Below, in pieces: positions 29,461 through 38,086 of a DNA stretch of 64,000 bases. The position numbers and the translations under genes were made by a program. The number at the start of each line of letters is the position of its first letter. Positions within the stretch are counted from its first letter, which is position 1. The stretch lies in NCBI GenBank assembly GCA_050011995.1, contig JBEKIA010000002.1, forward strand, positions 486 through 64,485, given 5' to 3'. The DNA is from Verrucomicrobiota bacterium (GTDB lineage Bacteria > Verrucomicrobiota > Verrucomicrobiia > Limisphaerales > Palsa-1400). The notes beneath the pieces are model-generated. The model saw nothing but the letters and a program-made list of their open reading frames with translations. It did not search any database and was not told the origin of the DNA.

Positions 29461-30465
29461 TTACGGCTTTTGCATCTCGTACACCAGCACCTTGAAGTTG
29501 TTGGCCGGTCCGTTTCTCTGTCCGACGGAGAGGTAAATCTTGTGCGTCTTGGGGTCAATCGCCATGGTGCGCGCGCCGCTCTCGGTCTTGAGGGTTTGCA
29601 CCACAGTCAGTTTGTCGGGCGAATCCTCATGGGCGATGACGGTGGCGCCGGAGCCGCCGCAGGAGGCAAAGGCGAGTTGGGTGCCGGGATCAAAAGCGGT
29701 GGCATCCACCCCGGCGCCAATGGGCACGGTGGCGAGGACCTTGCCGGTGGAGCTGTCCATCATCGCCATGACGTTGTTGCCGCCGCAGCCGATAAAGAGC
29801 CGGTGATGGGCGGTGTCAATTGCCAGGCCGGAGGGTTCTGTGCCACCGGTAATCGGCCAGGTCGCCACCACGGCGTGGGACTTGGTGTCAATCACCACCA
29901 CCGCGCTTTTATCTTCCAGGTTGTCATAAACGCGCCCCGCCGCCGCATCCGCCGCCCCGAATTCCGGCTTGCCGCCCAGCGGAACGGTGGCCACCACTTT
30001 GGCCTCCTTAACGTTGATCACGCTGGCCGAGGCGCTGCCGCCGTTGAACAAGTAAACTTCGTGCTGGCCCGGTTCGTAGAGCATGCCGTCGGGATTGGTT
30101 CCGGTGTCCAGCTTGACGATGGTCTCCAGCGTTTTCAGATCCACCACGCTGGCCTTGTTCTCGCCGCCATTGCTGGCCACGCCGCGCCCGAGGTCCGGGG
30201 CGGGCGCGAAGCCATGCACGCGGGGGGTGTTGGCGATCTTCCCCGCCACCGTGTCCTTGTCAATATCAATCACCACCACTTCCGTGCCGTGGCTGACATA
30301 AAGACGCCGGCCCGCCTCGTCCACGGAAAGGTAATCCCAACTGCTGGCCCCGCCGACGGGAATCTCCTTCAGCAAATGGTAAGGCCCCTCCGCCGCCCCC
30401 AGCCGCGCGGGCGCGGCCAGCGCCATGCCCAGAGCCAGCAAACCGAATATTTGATTTTGTTTCAT
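29461..30465 (-). CDS. YncE/YVTN-type beta-propeller repeat protein, secreted
   Basis: ORF 29461..31098 trimmed to ATG 30465 (MKQNQIFGLLALGMALAAPARLGA). Repeated G..P.G.A.D....R.YV motifs. The upstream extension crosses repeat elements. Confidence 0.85.
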   Translation of the reverse strand: MKQNQIFGLLALGMALAAPARLGAAEGPYHLLKEIPVGGASSWDYLSVDEAGRRLYVSHGTEVVVIDIDKDTVAGKIANTPRVHGFAPAPDLGRGVASNGGENKASVVDLKTLETIVKLDTGTNPDGMLYEPGQHEVYLFNGGSASASVINVKEAKVVATVPLGGKPEFGAADAAAGRVYDNLEDKSAVVVIDTKSHAVVATWPITGGTEPSGLAIDTAHHRLFIGCGGNNVMAMMDSSTGKVLATVPIGAGVDATAFDPGTQLAFASCGGSGATVIAHEDSPDKLTVVQTLKTESGARTMAIDPKTHKIYLSVGQRNGPANNFKVLVYEMQKP

Positions 30466-30579
30466 AAAAGTAATTTTGAATATTGGTTGAACGCCAAAAA
30501 TGATGGCGTCGGCGCGGGCCTTCAAGGGCGGATTGATTACAATTCTGTCATCTTGGAATCCGGTGGTGCCATGATTTGA

Positions 30580-30626
30580 TGTAGCGTCGAGCCTGTGGCT
30601 CGACCTCGGCGCACATCCCTGTGCCG
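30580..30626. repeat. Dispersed hairpin element, family C (copy 1)
   Basis: tgtagcgtcgagcctgtggctcgacctcggcgcacatccctgtgccg contains the hairpin GTCGAGCC-tgt-GGCTCGAC. Related copies lie at 35126-35168 (same orientation) and 51972-52010 (inverted). Confidence 0.85.
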
Positions 30627-30771
30627 CATTTGGCAAAGGCCAGTTTGAAAGCGGCGTGGCAGCAAAGGTGTTGCGTGAATTTGCGCAAGACCCGTTTCTG
30701 TATCTGGATGAGGCGGAGAAAAAGAAGTTCTTCGGCGTTTCCAGTGGATCTGATCGGGCAACGGCAATTTC

Positions 30772-30937
30772 GGGGAGCGCGTGCGTCTCGCGCGCAGTGT
30801 TTGGCGACCCGCCAAACACAGACCGGACGGCCTGCTGTTTGAACGCGGCCCATCCGAAGAAGAATCCAGGGGCAAGAACCGGCGAAGAAGTGGGGCGCGA
30901 GACGCGCCCCACGGCGACCGGGACGGTCGCGCTCCCC
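30772..30937. repeat. 166-bp MITE-like element with 10-bp terminal inverted repeats
   Basis: Termini GGGGAGCGCG (30772-30781) and CGCGCTCCCC (30928-30937). Internal perfect hairpins gtgtttggcg-accc-gccaaacac and gtggggcgcg-aga-cgcgccccac. Confidence 0.6.
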
Positions 30938-30994
30938 AATCCTTGAGGGCTTGCCCCGGGATCGACTGAAAATGTCGGGCAACCGAAAAAGAAG

Positions 30995-31432
30995 ATGCTG
31001 GCGGCGCATTCGGCTTTGTTGCGGGAATTCACGCAGTTGGCGTTTGATGAGTCGGCGGAAGCGCGTTGGCAGGAATCCCGGCCAACGGAAGCGGACATTG
31101 ATGTGGGGCCTGCGACACGAACGGATTTGCAAAGCGATTTGATTGAAGCGTTGCGGAATCCATTTCAATTGGTGGGAGAGCAAATACGGCGATTGATGGG
31201 CCGTTATCTCTGTGCGAACACGGCCCCGGAGAAGCGGCGGTATCTGCGCAGGAGCCAACTGCGCTCGGAAGATTTCACGGCCAAGTTGATTTGCAACGTC
31301 CACTTTTGGATTGAACGCGTGCCGGAATTGATCGGTTTGTACGACAATATCGCAATCGCACACCGGAATTCCGGGATTGTGCGCGTCAGCCTTCGTGGTG
31401 CGCTGCTTTCTCGCCCAATTTTGCCCGCTTAA
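30995..31432 (+). CDS. Hypothetical protein or gene remnant
   Basis: 145-aa ORF with ordinary composition (..LIEALRNPFQLVGEQIRRLMGRYL..NVHFWIERVPELIGLYDN..). The same frame is open from 30656 except for one TGA at 30944. No family recognised. Overlaps the 3' end of the convergent DUF2971 gene. Confidence 0.25.
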   Translation: MLAAHSALLREFTQLAFDESAEARWQESRPTEADIDVGPATRTDLQSDLIEALRNPFQLVGEQIRRLMGRYLCANTAPEKRRYLRRSQLRSEDFTAKLICNVHFWIERVPELIGLYDNIAIAHRNSGIVRVSLRGALLSRPILPA

Positions 31433-32069
31433 ACTTCCCAATCCAATCGGGATGCTTTATAATCCTGGAAAGATTGACCTTAGCCTTGACCTTGAGGACC
31501 CCTTTCAAGAAACATTCAATTGTTCTAAACAAATGAACTGGCATTTGTGGGCTTAATGTTATTCTCTTAATCACATTAAGATCGTCAATACTGATCTCGA
31601 AAGATTTTGCTCGTCTCTTTCCTATGCAAATGACTCGAAATTCATTTTCGAATTTATAAGGATGCCGCTTTAGAAATGGAAATCTGCAAACACAATCAAC
31701 TTTCACCTCTTCGATTGTATTGTAGTTCACTTCTTCAAATCTCACTCCATCACTTTTGTGCGCCAAGAATAATTTCTCGAGTTTCGCTCTATCGAACTCA
31801 ATACAACATCCGCTAATCCCATTGGCATACGCCTTCCAGTGGTGAATCGTTTCGTGCCCAATGAGAAAACACAGCACGAAGAGTTTTACACGCTTCGCGT
31901 TCTGATAGATTTTCAGTATCTCCACGTCATTTTTGTCTTCCCAAAACTTTGGATCCGAAAAGACAAGGCGTCTTTTTATTAGCATATCCATCAAGTGCGG
32001 AAGCGTTGTGAACCTGTTTAGCTTATTGGAGGAGTCCTCAGATTCACTGAGGCAATCTTGGCTTTTCAT
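31386..32069 (-). CDS. DUF2971-like protein
   Basis: 227 aa in an AT-rich region. HHWKAYANGISGCCIEFD and FPFLKRHPYKFENEFRVI resemble the DUF2971 pattern (W..Y....G.CI.F ... E.E.R) as I remember it. Confidence 0.6.
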   Translation of the reverse strand: MKSQDCLSESEDSSNKLNRFTTLPHLMDMLIKRRLVFSDPKFWEDKNDVEILKIYQNAKRVKLFVLCFLIGHETIHHWKAYANGISGCCIEFDRAKLEKLFLAHKSDGVRFEEVNYNTIEEVKVDCVCRFPFLKRHPYKFENEFRVICIGKRRAKSFEISIDDLNVIKRITLSPQMPVHLFRTIECFLKGVLKVKAKVNLSRIIKHPDWIGKFKRAKLGEKAAHHEG

Positions 32070-32165
32070 AGTGGGATAGACAACTTGCGATTTGATTTGT
32101 TAAGTTGCGGTTTCGTCGTTGGCAATTTATGCGTGAGCAGATTAAGCTTAACAGACCTGTTTCCG

Positions 32166-33335
32166 TTACGGAGCCACTTGGAGTCGGAAGTAGAGTTGGT
32201 TCCAATCGGCCACGTTAAAGTATTGAGGGTATGGCATTGCATAATTTGTGGCTGTGAACGGTGCGCCTTGGTTTGTCCAGGTGTTCAGATCGTGTGAAAC
32301 TTGTAATTGGTAATTTGTGCCACTGTATAGGTTTGAGAAATCCGGCTGGACCGCTTTAAGTAGAGATATTGACGGTGTTACGGGGAGTTGGATTGTCCAG
32401 ATGCCTCCCTTATAGACACAAGATAGCAATTCGCCGCCGTTCGCTGAAAAGGCTTCGACTCCGTTGGGTATGGGGCCAGTCGAATACCAAGAGGCGCCCG
32501 AATTGGTCGAAATATAGACCCCAATAAATTGTGCATCAGCACTGCCAACTGACAGAGCCAAATGGCTTCCATCCGCCGAAGAAGCTACCCAAGCCGCATT
32601 AGTGCCTTGCGGCAAGCTGTTCGGCGAGGTCCATGTGGCACCAGCATCGGAGGAGAGGTAAACGGACTGGCCCATGGCCAAAAACTTGGTTCCATCTGCC
32701 GAAGACGCAACAGAGGCCCAATAGGCTGGGTTCAAGCCAATGTTGGTCCCCAGTTTCCAAGTGCCTCCTGAGTTCGTTGAGATGTATACGTTGCCGCTGT
32801 ATCGGGTGCCTGCTACCAAGTTGCTTCCGTTCGCCGAACAGGCGATTGAACAGCACTGATTAAAGGGCGCACTTGAGAGCGTCCATGTGGTTCCAGAATT
32901 TGTTGAGACGTAAACGGATGAACCTCCGGCGAACAATTGGCTGCCATCGGCGGATGATGCGATGGCGTACCATGAAGACGTAATTGCGCTGGACTGGGTC
33001 CAATTGCCTCCCGCATTGGTGGAGGTGTAAATCCCCCCGAGATAGACGGTCGCCGCCAAATGGGTTCCGTCGGCCGAGGAGGCGACGCAATTCCAGGTTG
33101 CATTGGGCGCATTATTCGAAGTCCAAGTGGTGCCTGAATTGGTCGAGGTATAAATAACCCCGATATTCCCGTTATTGTTGTCGGCCACTGCCACAAGTTT
33201 ACTGCCATCAGCCGATGAGGCGATGCATTGCCAATGTTGGTTGGGTGCGCTGGTCTGGATCCACATTTGCGCCTCGGATTCTGGCGTCAAACCGCAAGCT
33301 CCGAGGAACAATGTAGCCAATATAATGAGCTTCAT
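32166..33335 (-). CDS. Secreted beta-propeller protein with Asp-box-like repeats
   Basis: Lipoprotein-like signal MKLIILATLFLGACG. At least 7 repeats of W..(I/V)ASSADG..L.A.....(I/V)Y.STNSG.TW. Confidence 0.85.
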   Translation of the reverse strand: MKLIILATLFLGACGLTPESEAQMWIQTSAPNQHWQCIASSADGSKLVAVADNNNGNIGVIYTSTNSGTTWTSNNAPNATWNCVASSADGTHLAATVYLGGIYTSTNAGGNWTQSSAITSSWYAIASSADGSQLFAGGSSVYVSTNSGTTWTLSSAPFNQCCSIACSANGSNLVAGTRYSGNVYISTNSGGTWKLGTNIGLNPAYWASVASSADGTKFLAMGQSVYLSSDAGATWTSPNSLPQGTNAAWVASSADGSHLALSVGSADAQFIGVYISTNSGASWYSTGPIPNGVEAFSANGGELLSCVYKGGIWTIQLPVTPSISLLKAVQPDFSNLYSGTNYQLQVSHDLNTWTNQGAPFTATNYAMPYPQYFNVADWNQLYFRLQVAP

Positions 33336-33369
33336 TATGTGTCCTTATGTATGAATTGTTGATATTATT

Positions 33370-33759
33370 TTGAGCCGTCAAAGATTACGGGGCGATAGTA
33401 TTCCGTCCGTCAAGAAGCGCAAGCTTAAAACCGGCAATATATTGCCTTTCCGCGAATGCCAACATGGTCTCGTGAAGAGAAGCGATTTGGCGCAATATCT
33501 AGGCATGATTGTGAGAAAGCACAGGATGCAAAAAAGGATCACTCAGGAGGCATTGAGCGAGCGGGCGGATATTGATGTACGAATGGTTCGCCTCATTGAA
33601 ACAAAGGGCCAGAACTTCAGTGTGAACGTGGCTGAATGCGTCGCCCGGGCGCTTGGTGTTCCGCTGTCTCAGATGATTCGTGAAGCGGAAGATTTGAGGC
33701 GCACACAGGAAAACACTAAAGGCAGATCGGGCGCGGTTGACGCTTTACCGCCGAAATAG
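33370..33759 (+). CDS. XRE-family helix-turn-helix transcriptional regulator
   Basis: IVRKHRMQKRITQEALSERADIDVRMVRLIETKGQNFSVNVAECVARALGVPLSQM is a Cro/C1 HTH. The start is uncertain: TTG 33370, GTG 33472 or ATG 33505. Confidence 0.8.
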   Translation: MSRQRLRGDSIPSVKKRKLKTGNILPFRECQHGLVKRSDLAQYLGMIVRKHRMQKRITQEALSERADIDVRMVRLIETKGQNFSVNVAECVARALGVPLSQMIREAEDLRRTQENTKGRSGAVDALPPK

Positions 33760-34072
33760 TGACGATGGGGGCCAGTCGGTCATCGTCGCAATTTGAAGGC
33801 GGCAAAAAACGTTGCGGCTCCAAAAGCGGCCTTTCCTCCCTGGCTTCAACTCCCTGGTGGTGATGGCGGTGGATTCCATGTTGCGAAGGGCAAACAGGGC
33901 GCAAGCTGGAATCCAGCGACTTCACGACCAGGCACTTGTCGGGGCGGCTTGTCCCGCCGCAGGCTTGGCGAAGGGGGAAGAGTTCGCGTGTTGGCATTCC
34001 GCCTTCGCCAGGCCTACGGACAGGGCGGGGAAAAGCTGCTGGAAACTACGGATCACGAAGAATTGTTCCGGC

Positions 34073-34381
34073 TTACAGGCCAAGCCAGTTGCGCACGCCT
34101 GCTTCAACCAAGGCCAGTTGTTGGACTGTCAATCGTCCGAGGAATCGCTCCGCCTTTGCCGCCGAAATTGTAATGGGATTTTGGACCAGGAAGGCCCCGG
34201 ACTGGAGAAAAGGGACATTGAATCGAATTTCTAGATCGGAACCGCGCAATGACGTGGTGTGGGGAATTACCGTGATAAGCGCACGGTCTTGGTCTTTGAA
34301 GGAGCGATTGAGAACGAGGGCAGGCCGAACTTTCTGAATCATTCCTAAATCCACCAGCCAAACTTCACCGCGACTGGGCAC
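34073..34381 (-). CDS. mazF: Type II toxin, PemK/MazF family endoribonuclease
   Basis: VPSRGEVWLVDLGMIQKVRPALVLNRSF...VIPHTTSLRG... is the MazF pattern. GTG 34381 is preferred (17-nt overlap with the antitoxin gene). The ORF-track start is 34408. Confidence 0.85.
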   Translation of the reverse strand: MPSRGEVWLVDLGMIQKVRPALVLNRSFKDQDRALITVIPHTTSLRGSDLEIRFNVPFLQSGAFLVQNPITISAAKAERFLGRLTVQQLALVEAGVRNWLGL

Positions 34382-34562
34382 GGCTTTCCTCCTCGTCCAG
34401 CAGCGCAAATGTTTCAGCGGCGATTGCGGTTAGGTCTTCATCTGACAGGGGCCCATAGTCCACCGGGGTCACCTTCCGGGCAATCGCTTCATAGACGGCC
34501 AATTGCTCGACTTGCGGCAAGCTGTTGAATTCCTGGATGACGGCCAAGGCTCTATTGCTCAT
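34365..34562 (-). CDS. Antitoxin partner of MazF (small acidic protein)
   Basis: ORF 34365..34754 trimmed to ATG 34562: MSNRALAVIQEFNSLPQVEQLAVYEAIARKVTPVDYGPLSDEDLTAIAAETFALLDEEESRAQSR. Directly upstream of and overlapping mazF. Confidence 0.7.
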   Translation of the reverse strand: MSNRALAVIQEFNSLPQVEQLAVYEAIARKVTPVDYGPLSDEDLTAIAAETFALLDEEESRAQSR

Positions 34563-34907
34563 GTAATGGAGGTTAAATGACGTTCGGTGAAATTGCAAGC
34601 CGGTTTGAACTCGGTTGAAATTCAGGAAAATGCCTTTTTCAGACGGACAGGACCTTCGCCAGTATTTTGCCTGCGGCAATGCGTCAGAGTCGCTTCGTTT
34701 GGCGAGGATTTTTACCACGGATGGCATCCCGATTCCATCGGGAGATGAAGGCAATGCAGAATGCAGAGTGCGCAGCGCAGAGTTTTTAACCGTGAAATCC
34801 GTACCACTATAGTGAATAATCGCGCATTTCCGACAAGATTCTCCGAATCGCCTTCCCGAATGGCAAATGACAAATGCTCAATGACAAATTCTCAATTCAG
34901 ACTCATC

Positions 34908-34979
34908 CCTTTGGTTGCGGCTGGCCGCGCTGGGAAATCTGTGGTTCAGTTCCTTTGGTTGCGGCTGGGCGCGCTGGGG
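34908..34979. repeat. Imperfect 44-bp direct repeat (x2)
   Basis: cctttggttgcggctggccgcgctggg (34908-34934) and cctttggttgcggctgggcgcgctgggg (34952-34979). Preceded by the AT-rich caaatg-type motif region at 34861-34900. Confidence 0.8.
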
Positions 34980-35125
34980 TCTGTGCTGGTTATTGTCAGC
35001 AAATCTCTGAGTCCTGTGCGTCTGCCATTTCGCCACTCGGGCAACCGTTCGTGCCGCCGTGGCATCCTGCCAGAACCAGGCCTGCGGCACAAGGGCGGCG
35101 AATTTGCCGTGGTGCCTTTATCCAG

Positions 35126-35168
35126 TGTAGAGTCGAGCCTGCGGCTCGACCTCGGCGCACAGCGCCGA
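35126..35168. repeat. Dispersed hairpin element, family C (copy 2)
   Basis: tgtagagtcgagcctgcggctcgacctcggcgcacagcgccga contains the hairpins GTCGAGCC-tgc-GGCTCGAC and TCGGCGC-aca-GCGCCGA. Confidence 0.85.
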
Positions 35169-35241
35169 CACTGCAAAATTGAATAATGGCGCTGCTTGGA
35201 ATCCGCTTCTTTGGCGCGGGGATTTGCGGTAGAGTCCGGCC

Positions 35242-35919
35242 ATGCGCGTTTTGGTTGTGGAAGACGAAAGGAAAACGGCGTCGTTCATCCGCTCCGCCCT
35301 GGAGGCGGAGCATATCGCCGTGGACCTCTGCCACAACGGCCCCCAGGCCCTGGCCGGCGCGATGGGCGTGACCTTCGACGCCATCGTCCTGGACATCATG
35401 CTGCCGGGGCAGGACGGGCTGAGCGTGCTGCGGCAGTTGCGCCAGCGCGGCAACCGCACGCCGGTCTTGCTGCTCTCGGCGCGCGGCGAAGTCAATGACC
35501 GGGTGGAAGGATTGAACATCGGCGCCGACGATTATCTGGCCAAGCCGTTTGTCCTGGCCGAATTGGTCGCGCGCCTGCGCGCCCTGGTCCGCCGCGGCAA
35601 CGAACCCGTGCCCCGGCTCCTGCGCGTGGCCGACCTGACGCTGGACACCCTCACGCGCCAGGCCCGGCGCGGCGAAACGGCCTTCGATCTGGCCGCGCGC
35701 GAATACCGGCTGCTGGAGTTCCTCATGCGCTCGGCCGGACGCGTTTGCGGACGAATGACCATTCTGGAAAAGGTGTGGGACTATAACTTCGATCCGGGAA
35801 CCAATATCGTGGACGTTTATGTGCGGCGGCTGCGGGAGAAGATTGACGACGGCTTCGAGCACAAGCTCCTCCATACCGTGCGCGGCGCCGGCTATGTGTT
35901 GAAGGAGGGGAAGGAGTAA
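35242..35919 (+). CDS. OmpR-family response regulator (CusR/CopR-like)
   Basis: MRVLVVEDE...DAIVLDIMLPGQDG (phospho-acceptor Asp)...ADDYLAKPF, then a winged-helix output domain (EYRLLEFLM...HTVRGAGYVL). Confidence 0.93.
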   Translation: MRVLVVEDERKTASFIRSALEAEHIAVDLCHNGPQALAGAMGVTFDAIVLDIMLPGQDGLSVLRQLRQRGNRTPVLLLSARGEVNDRVEGLNIGADDYLAKPFVLAELVARLRALVRRGNEPVPRLLRVADLTLDTLTRQARRGETAFDLAAREYRLLEFLMRSAGRVCGRMTILEKVWDYNFDPGTNIVDVYVRRLREKIDDGFEHKLLHTVRGAGYVLKEGKE

Positions 35920-35922
35920 ACT

Positions 35923-37011
35923 ATGACCATTCGCGCCCGCCTGACTTTTTGGTACGCCGGCATCATGTTCGCCTCGTTGCTGACGATGGGCGTCCTTTCC
36001 TACCGGCACTTCGTAACCATCCCCGCCCGCCGCGCGGTTGGGGGAGGGCAGTCCGCGGATGAAGTGGCCGACATGGCGATGGATTTCCGCGAAGTCGCCC
36101 GGATCGTGCTGTGGGGCGGCGCGCCGGCGCTGCTCCTGGCGCTGGGGGGCGGCTGGTGGCTCACCCGCAAGGCTCTGGCCCCCGTCTCCGCCCTGACCCA
36201 GGCCGCCGCCCGCCTCAACGAACGCAGCCTGCACGAACAATTGCCCCGCTCCGGCAACGGCGACGAACTGGACCAGTTGACCGATGTTTTCAACGCCATG
36301 ACCGCCCGCCTCGACGGCTCTTTTCAGCGCATGCGCGAATTCACCCTCCACGCCTCGCACGAATTGAAAACCCCGCTGACCGTCATCCGCGGCGAGTTGG
36401 AAACCGCGCTCCAGGACGAAAAAAGCGGCGCGCCGCCCCCGCCCGCCCGCCTCCTGAGCCAGATGGATGAGATTGACCGGCTGGCCAAAATTGTGGACGG
36501 CCTGACGCTTCTGACCAAGGCCGACGCCGGACAGGTCGCCCTCCACCCCGAACCGCTCCAGTGGGACGAACTGGTGCGGGAAACTTTCGCCGACGCCAAC
36601 ATCCTGGCCCAGCCGTCGGGCGTCCGCGTCACCCTTTCCGACTGCCAGGAAGCGGCCATCCGGGGCGACCGCCACCGCCTGCGGCAGTTGCTCCTGAATT
36701 TGACGGACAATGCGGTCAAGTACAATATCCCCGGCGGCACGGTGGCGATTTCGCTGAAACGGGCCGGGGCGGCGGCCGAGTTGCGCATCGCCAACACCGG
36801 CCCGGGCCTGGCGGCCGAATTGCAGCCGCGCGTCTTCGAGCGCTTTTTTCGCGGCGACGCCAGCCACAACCGCGAGGTGGAAGGCTGCGGGCTGGGCTTG
36901 AGCATTGCCCAATGGATAGTCCGCGCCCACGGCGGGACCATCCAGTTCGCCTCCCAGCCCGGCCAACTGACGACCGTGACGGTGCGCCTTCCCCTGGCGG
37001 GCGCCGGCTGA
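35923..37011 (+). CDS. Sensor histidine kinase (2 TM, HAMP, HisKA, HATPase_c)
   Basis: H-box FTLHASHELKTPLTVI, N-box LLNLTDNAVKYN, G-boxes NTGPGL and GCGLGLSIA. Its last 175 nt belong to a 186-bp direct repeat (see 36837). Confidence 0.92.
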   Translation: MTIRARLTFWYAGIMFASLLTMGVLSYRHFVTIPARRAVGGGQSADEVADMAMDFREVARIVLWGGAPALLLALGGGWWLTRKALAPVSALTQAAARLNERSLHEQLPRSGNGDELDQLTDVFNAMTARLDGSFQRMREFTLHASHELKTPLTVIRGELETALQDEKSGAPPPPARLLSQMDEIDRLAKIVDGLTLLTKADAGQVALHPEPLQWDELVRETFADANILAQPSGVRVTLSDCQEAAIRGDRHRLRQLLLNLTDNAVKYNIPGGTVAISLKRAGAAAELRIANTGPGLAAELQPRVFERFFRGDASHNREVEGCGLGLSIAQWIVRAHGGTIQFASQPGQLTTVTVRLPLAGAG

Positions 37012-37022
37012 AAAGCGAACAG
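36837..37022 (+). repeat. 186-bp direct repeat, left copy (3' end of HK gene + 11 nt)
   Basis: Aligns with 38087-38272 at a constant offset of 1250 bp with 6 mismatches. Five are synonymous third-codon positions and one is Arg->His. Confidence 0.95.
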
Positions 37023-37056
37023 CAGCGCCCTGGGGAGCATACGCGCCTCGCGTGTG

Positions 37057-37084
37057 CTGACCGGCGCCCTCGCCGGTCAGTTTT
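37057..37084 (+). terminator. Rho-independent terminator after the HK gene
   Basis: ctgaccggcg-ccct-cgccggtcag (10-bp perfect stem) followed by tttt. Confidence 0.7.
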
Positions 37085-37172
37085 CGTGTCACCCCCTCCG
37101 GTCGCGACTTTTCCATGCCGAAATGTTGTCGGCGCGTGCCAAAGTTGATCGAGCCTCAGCCGGAATTCGCGG

Positions 37173-37200
37173 TTGACTTCCGGGCGGGATTCCTTATCTT
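37173..37200 (+). promoter_or_regulatory. Putative sigma70-type promoter for vapBC (near-leaderless)
   Basis: TTGACT (37173-37178), 16-nt spacer, TATCTT (37195-37200). The ATG at 37207 lies 6 nt downstream. Confidence 0.4.
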
Positions 37201-37206
37201 GGCTCC

Positions 37207-37440
37207 ATGAGCACGGTTGTTACGGAAGACGGCAAAATCAGTATCCCGCAGGAAGTGCGGGAGGCCCTTGGACTTGGTCCGGGAACCGTGCTCGAAGTGC
37301 AAAGCCAGGCGGGCACCCTCGTCGCGTGGAAAAAAGTGGAGCCGGACGTGTTTGAGAAATGGCGCGGTCGCGGCCAACTGCCCGTCGGAACCGGCCCCGA
37401 CGATTATTTGCGGCTGATTCGCGATGGTGACCGCCGTTGA
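37207..37440 (+). CDS. vapB: AbrB/MazE/SpoVT-fold antitoxin (VapB-type)
   Basis: MSTVVTEDGKISIPQEVREALGLGPGTVLEVQSQAGTLV is the SpoVT-AbrB swapped-hairpin motif. Overlaps the PIN gene by 17 nt. Confidence 0.85.
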   Translation: MSTVVTEDGKISIPQEVREALGLGPGTVLEVQSQAGTLVAWKKVEPDVFEKWRGRGQLPVGTGPDDYLRLIRDGDRR

Positions 37441-37840
37441 CACCTCTGTTCTTCTCGATGTCCTGCTGAACGACCCTCAGCACGCGCCGGCTTCCATTGC
37501 CGCTTTGCGAAGGGGATCAGTGGAAGGTTCGCTTATTCTTTGCGAAATCGTTCTTGCGGAACTCGCGCCCACTTTGGCCCCCGCCGAAATGCCGCAATTT
37601 CTTTCCGACTGGAATCTCACTTTTGTTCCTTCTTCGCAATCAAGCGCTATTCTTGCCGGTGAGATGTTTCGGACCTATTTGCGGCGCGGGGGCAAACGGA
37701 GCCGGGTTGTGCCCGACTTTCTCCTGGCCGCGCACGCCCAAATTCATGCCCAACGCCTCCTCGCTTGAGACCGCGGCTATTACCGGGATTACTTCAAGCA
37801 ACTGCAACTCTGGGACCCCAGCCCCAGCCCTAGCTCCTGA
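37424..37840 (+). pseudogene. vapC: PIN-domain VapC toxin interrupted by an in-frame TGA at 37766-37768
   Basis: MVTAVDTSVLLDVL...LAELA...VPDFLLAAHAQIHAQRLLA-[TGA]-DRGYYRDYFKQLQLWDP. The stop sits where VapC homologues have the Arg of the conserved LL(T)RD motif (CGA->TGA is one transition). The same frame continues to TGA 37838-37840. Confidence 0.7.
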
Positions 37841-38086
37841 TCTGGCGGCGCAGGCTCGTTGAGCGCAGGCCAAGCGGTGGAACTTCCGCCGGCGCGCTTG
37901 GCGCAATGGTGGGACAAGCCGGCGCGCGAGGAAAGGGAAAAGGCAAAGGCTCAACCCATAGTTTGGTCCTATCCGATTGATGCTCATCTCCAAAAAACCA
38001 CGTCAAAATGAACCAAACTGTGGGTTGACTTCTCTTTCCGTATCAATCCACGCAAAAACTATCCATAGTGAGGACGGACATCAGCG

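Larger units (their letters stand above)
37023..38086. mobile_element. Inserted segment between the HK 3'-end direct repeats (vapBC cassette, no recombinase)
   Basis: Bounded by the 186-bp direct repeats. Carries its own terminator, a promoter-like element and vapBC. No integrase or transposase ORF is present. Confidence 0.45.

Noticed and set aside
30548-31441. 297-aa minus-strand ORF between YncE and DUF2971.
   Set aside because: It is Arg-rich, crosses the family-C and MITE-like repeats, and is antisense to a more protein-like plus frame. It is likely spurious.
33760-34072. ORFs between XRE and mazF (33716..33997-, 33793..34173+, 33812..34234+).
   Set aside because: Overlapping low-complexity frames with no motifs. 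Possibly decayed sequence, but no call can be supported.
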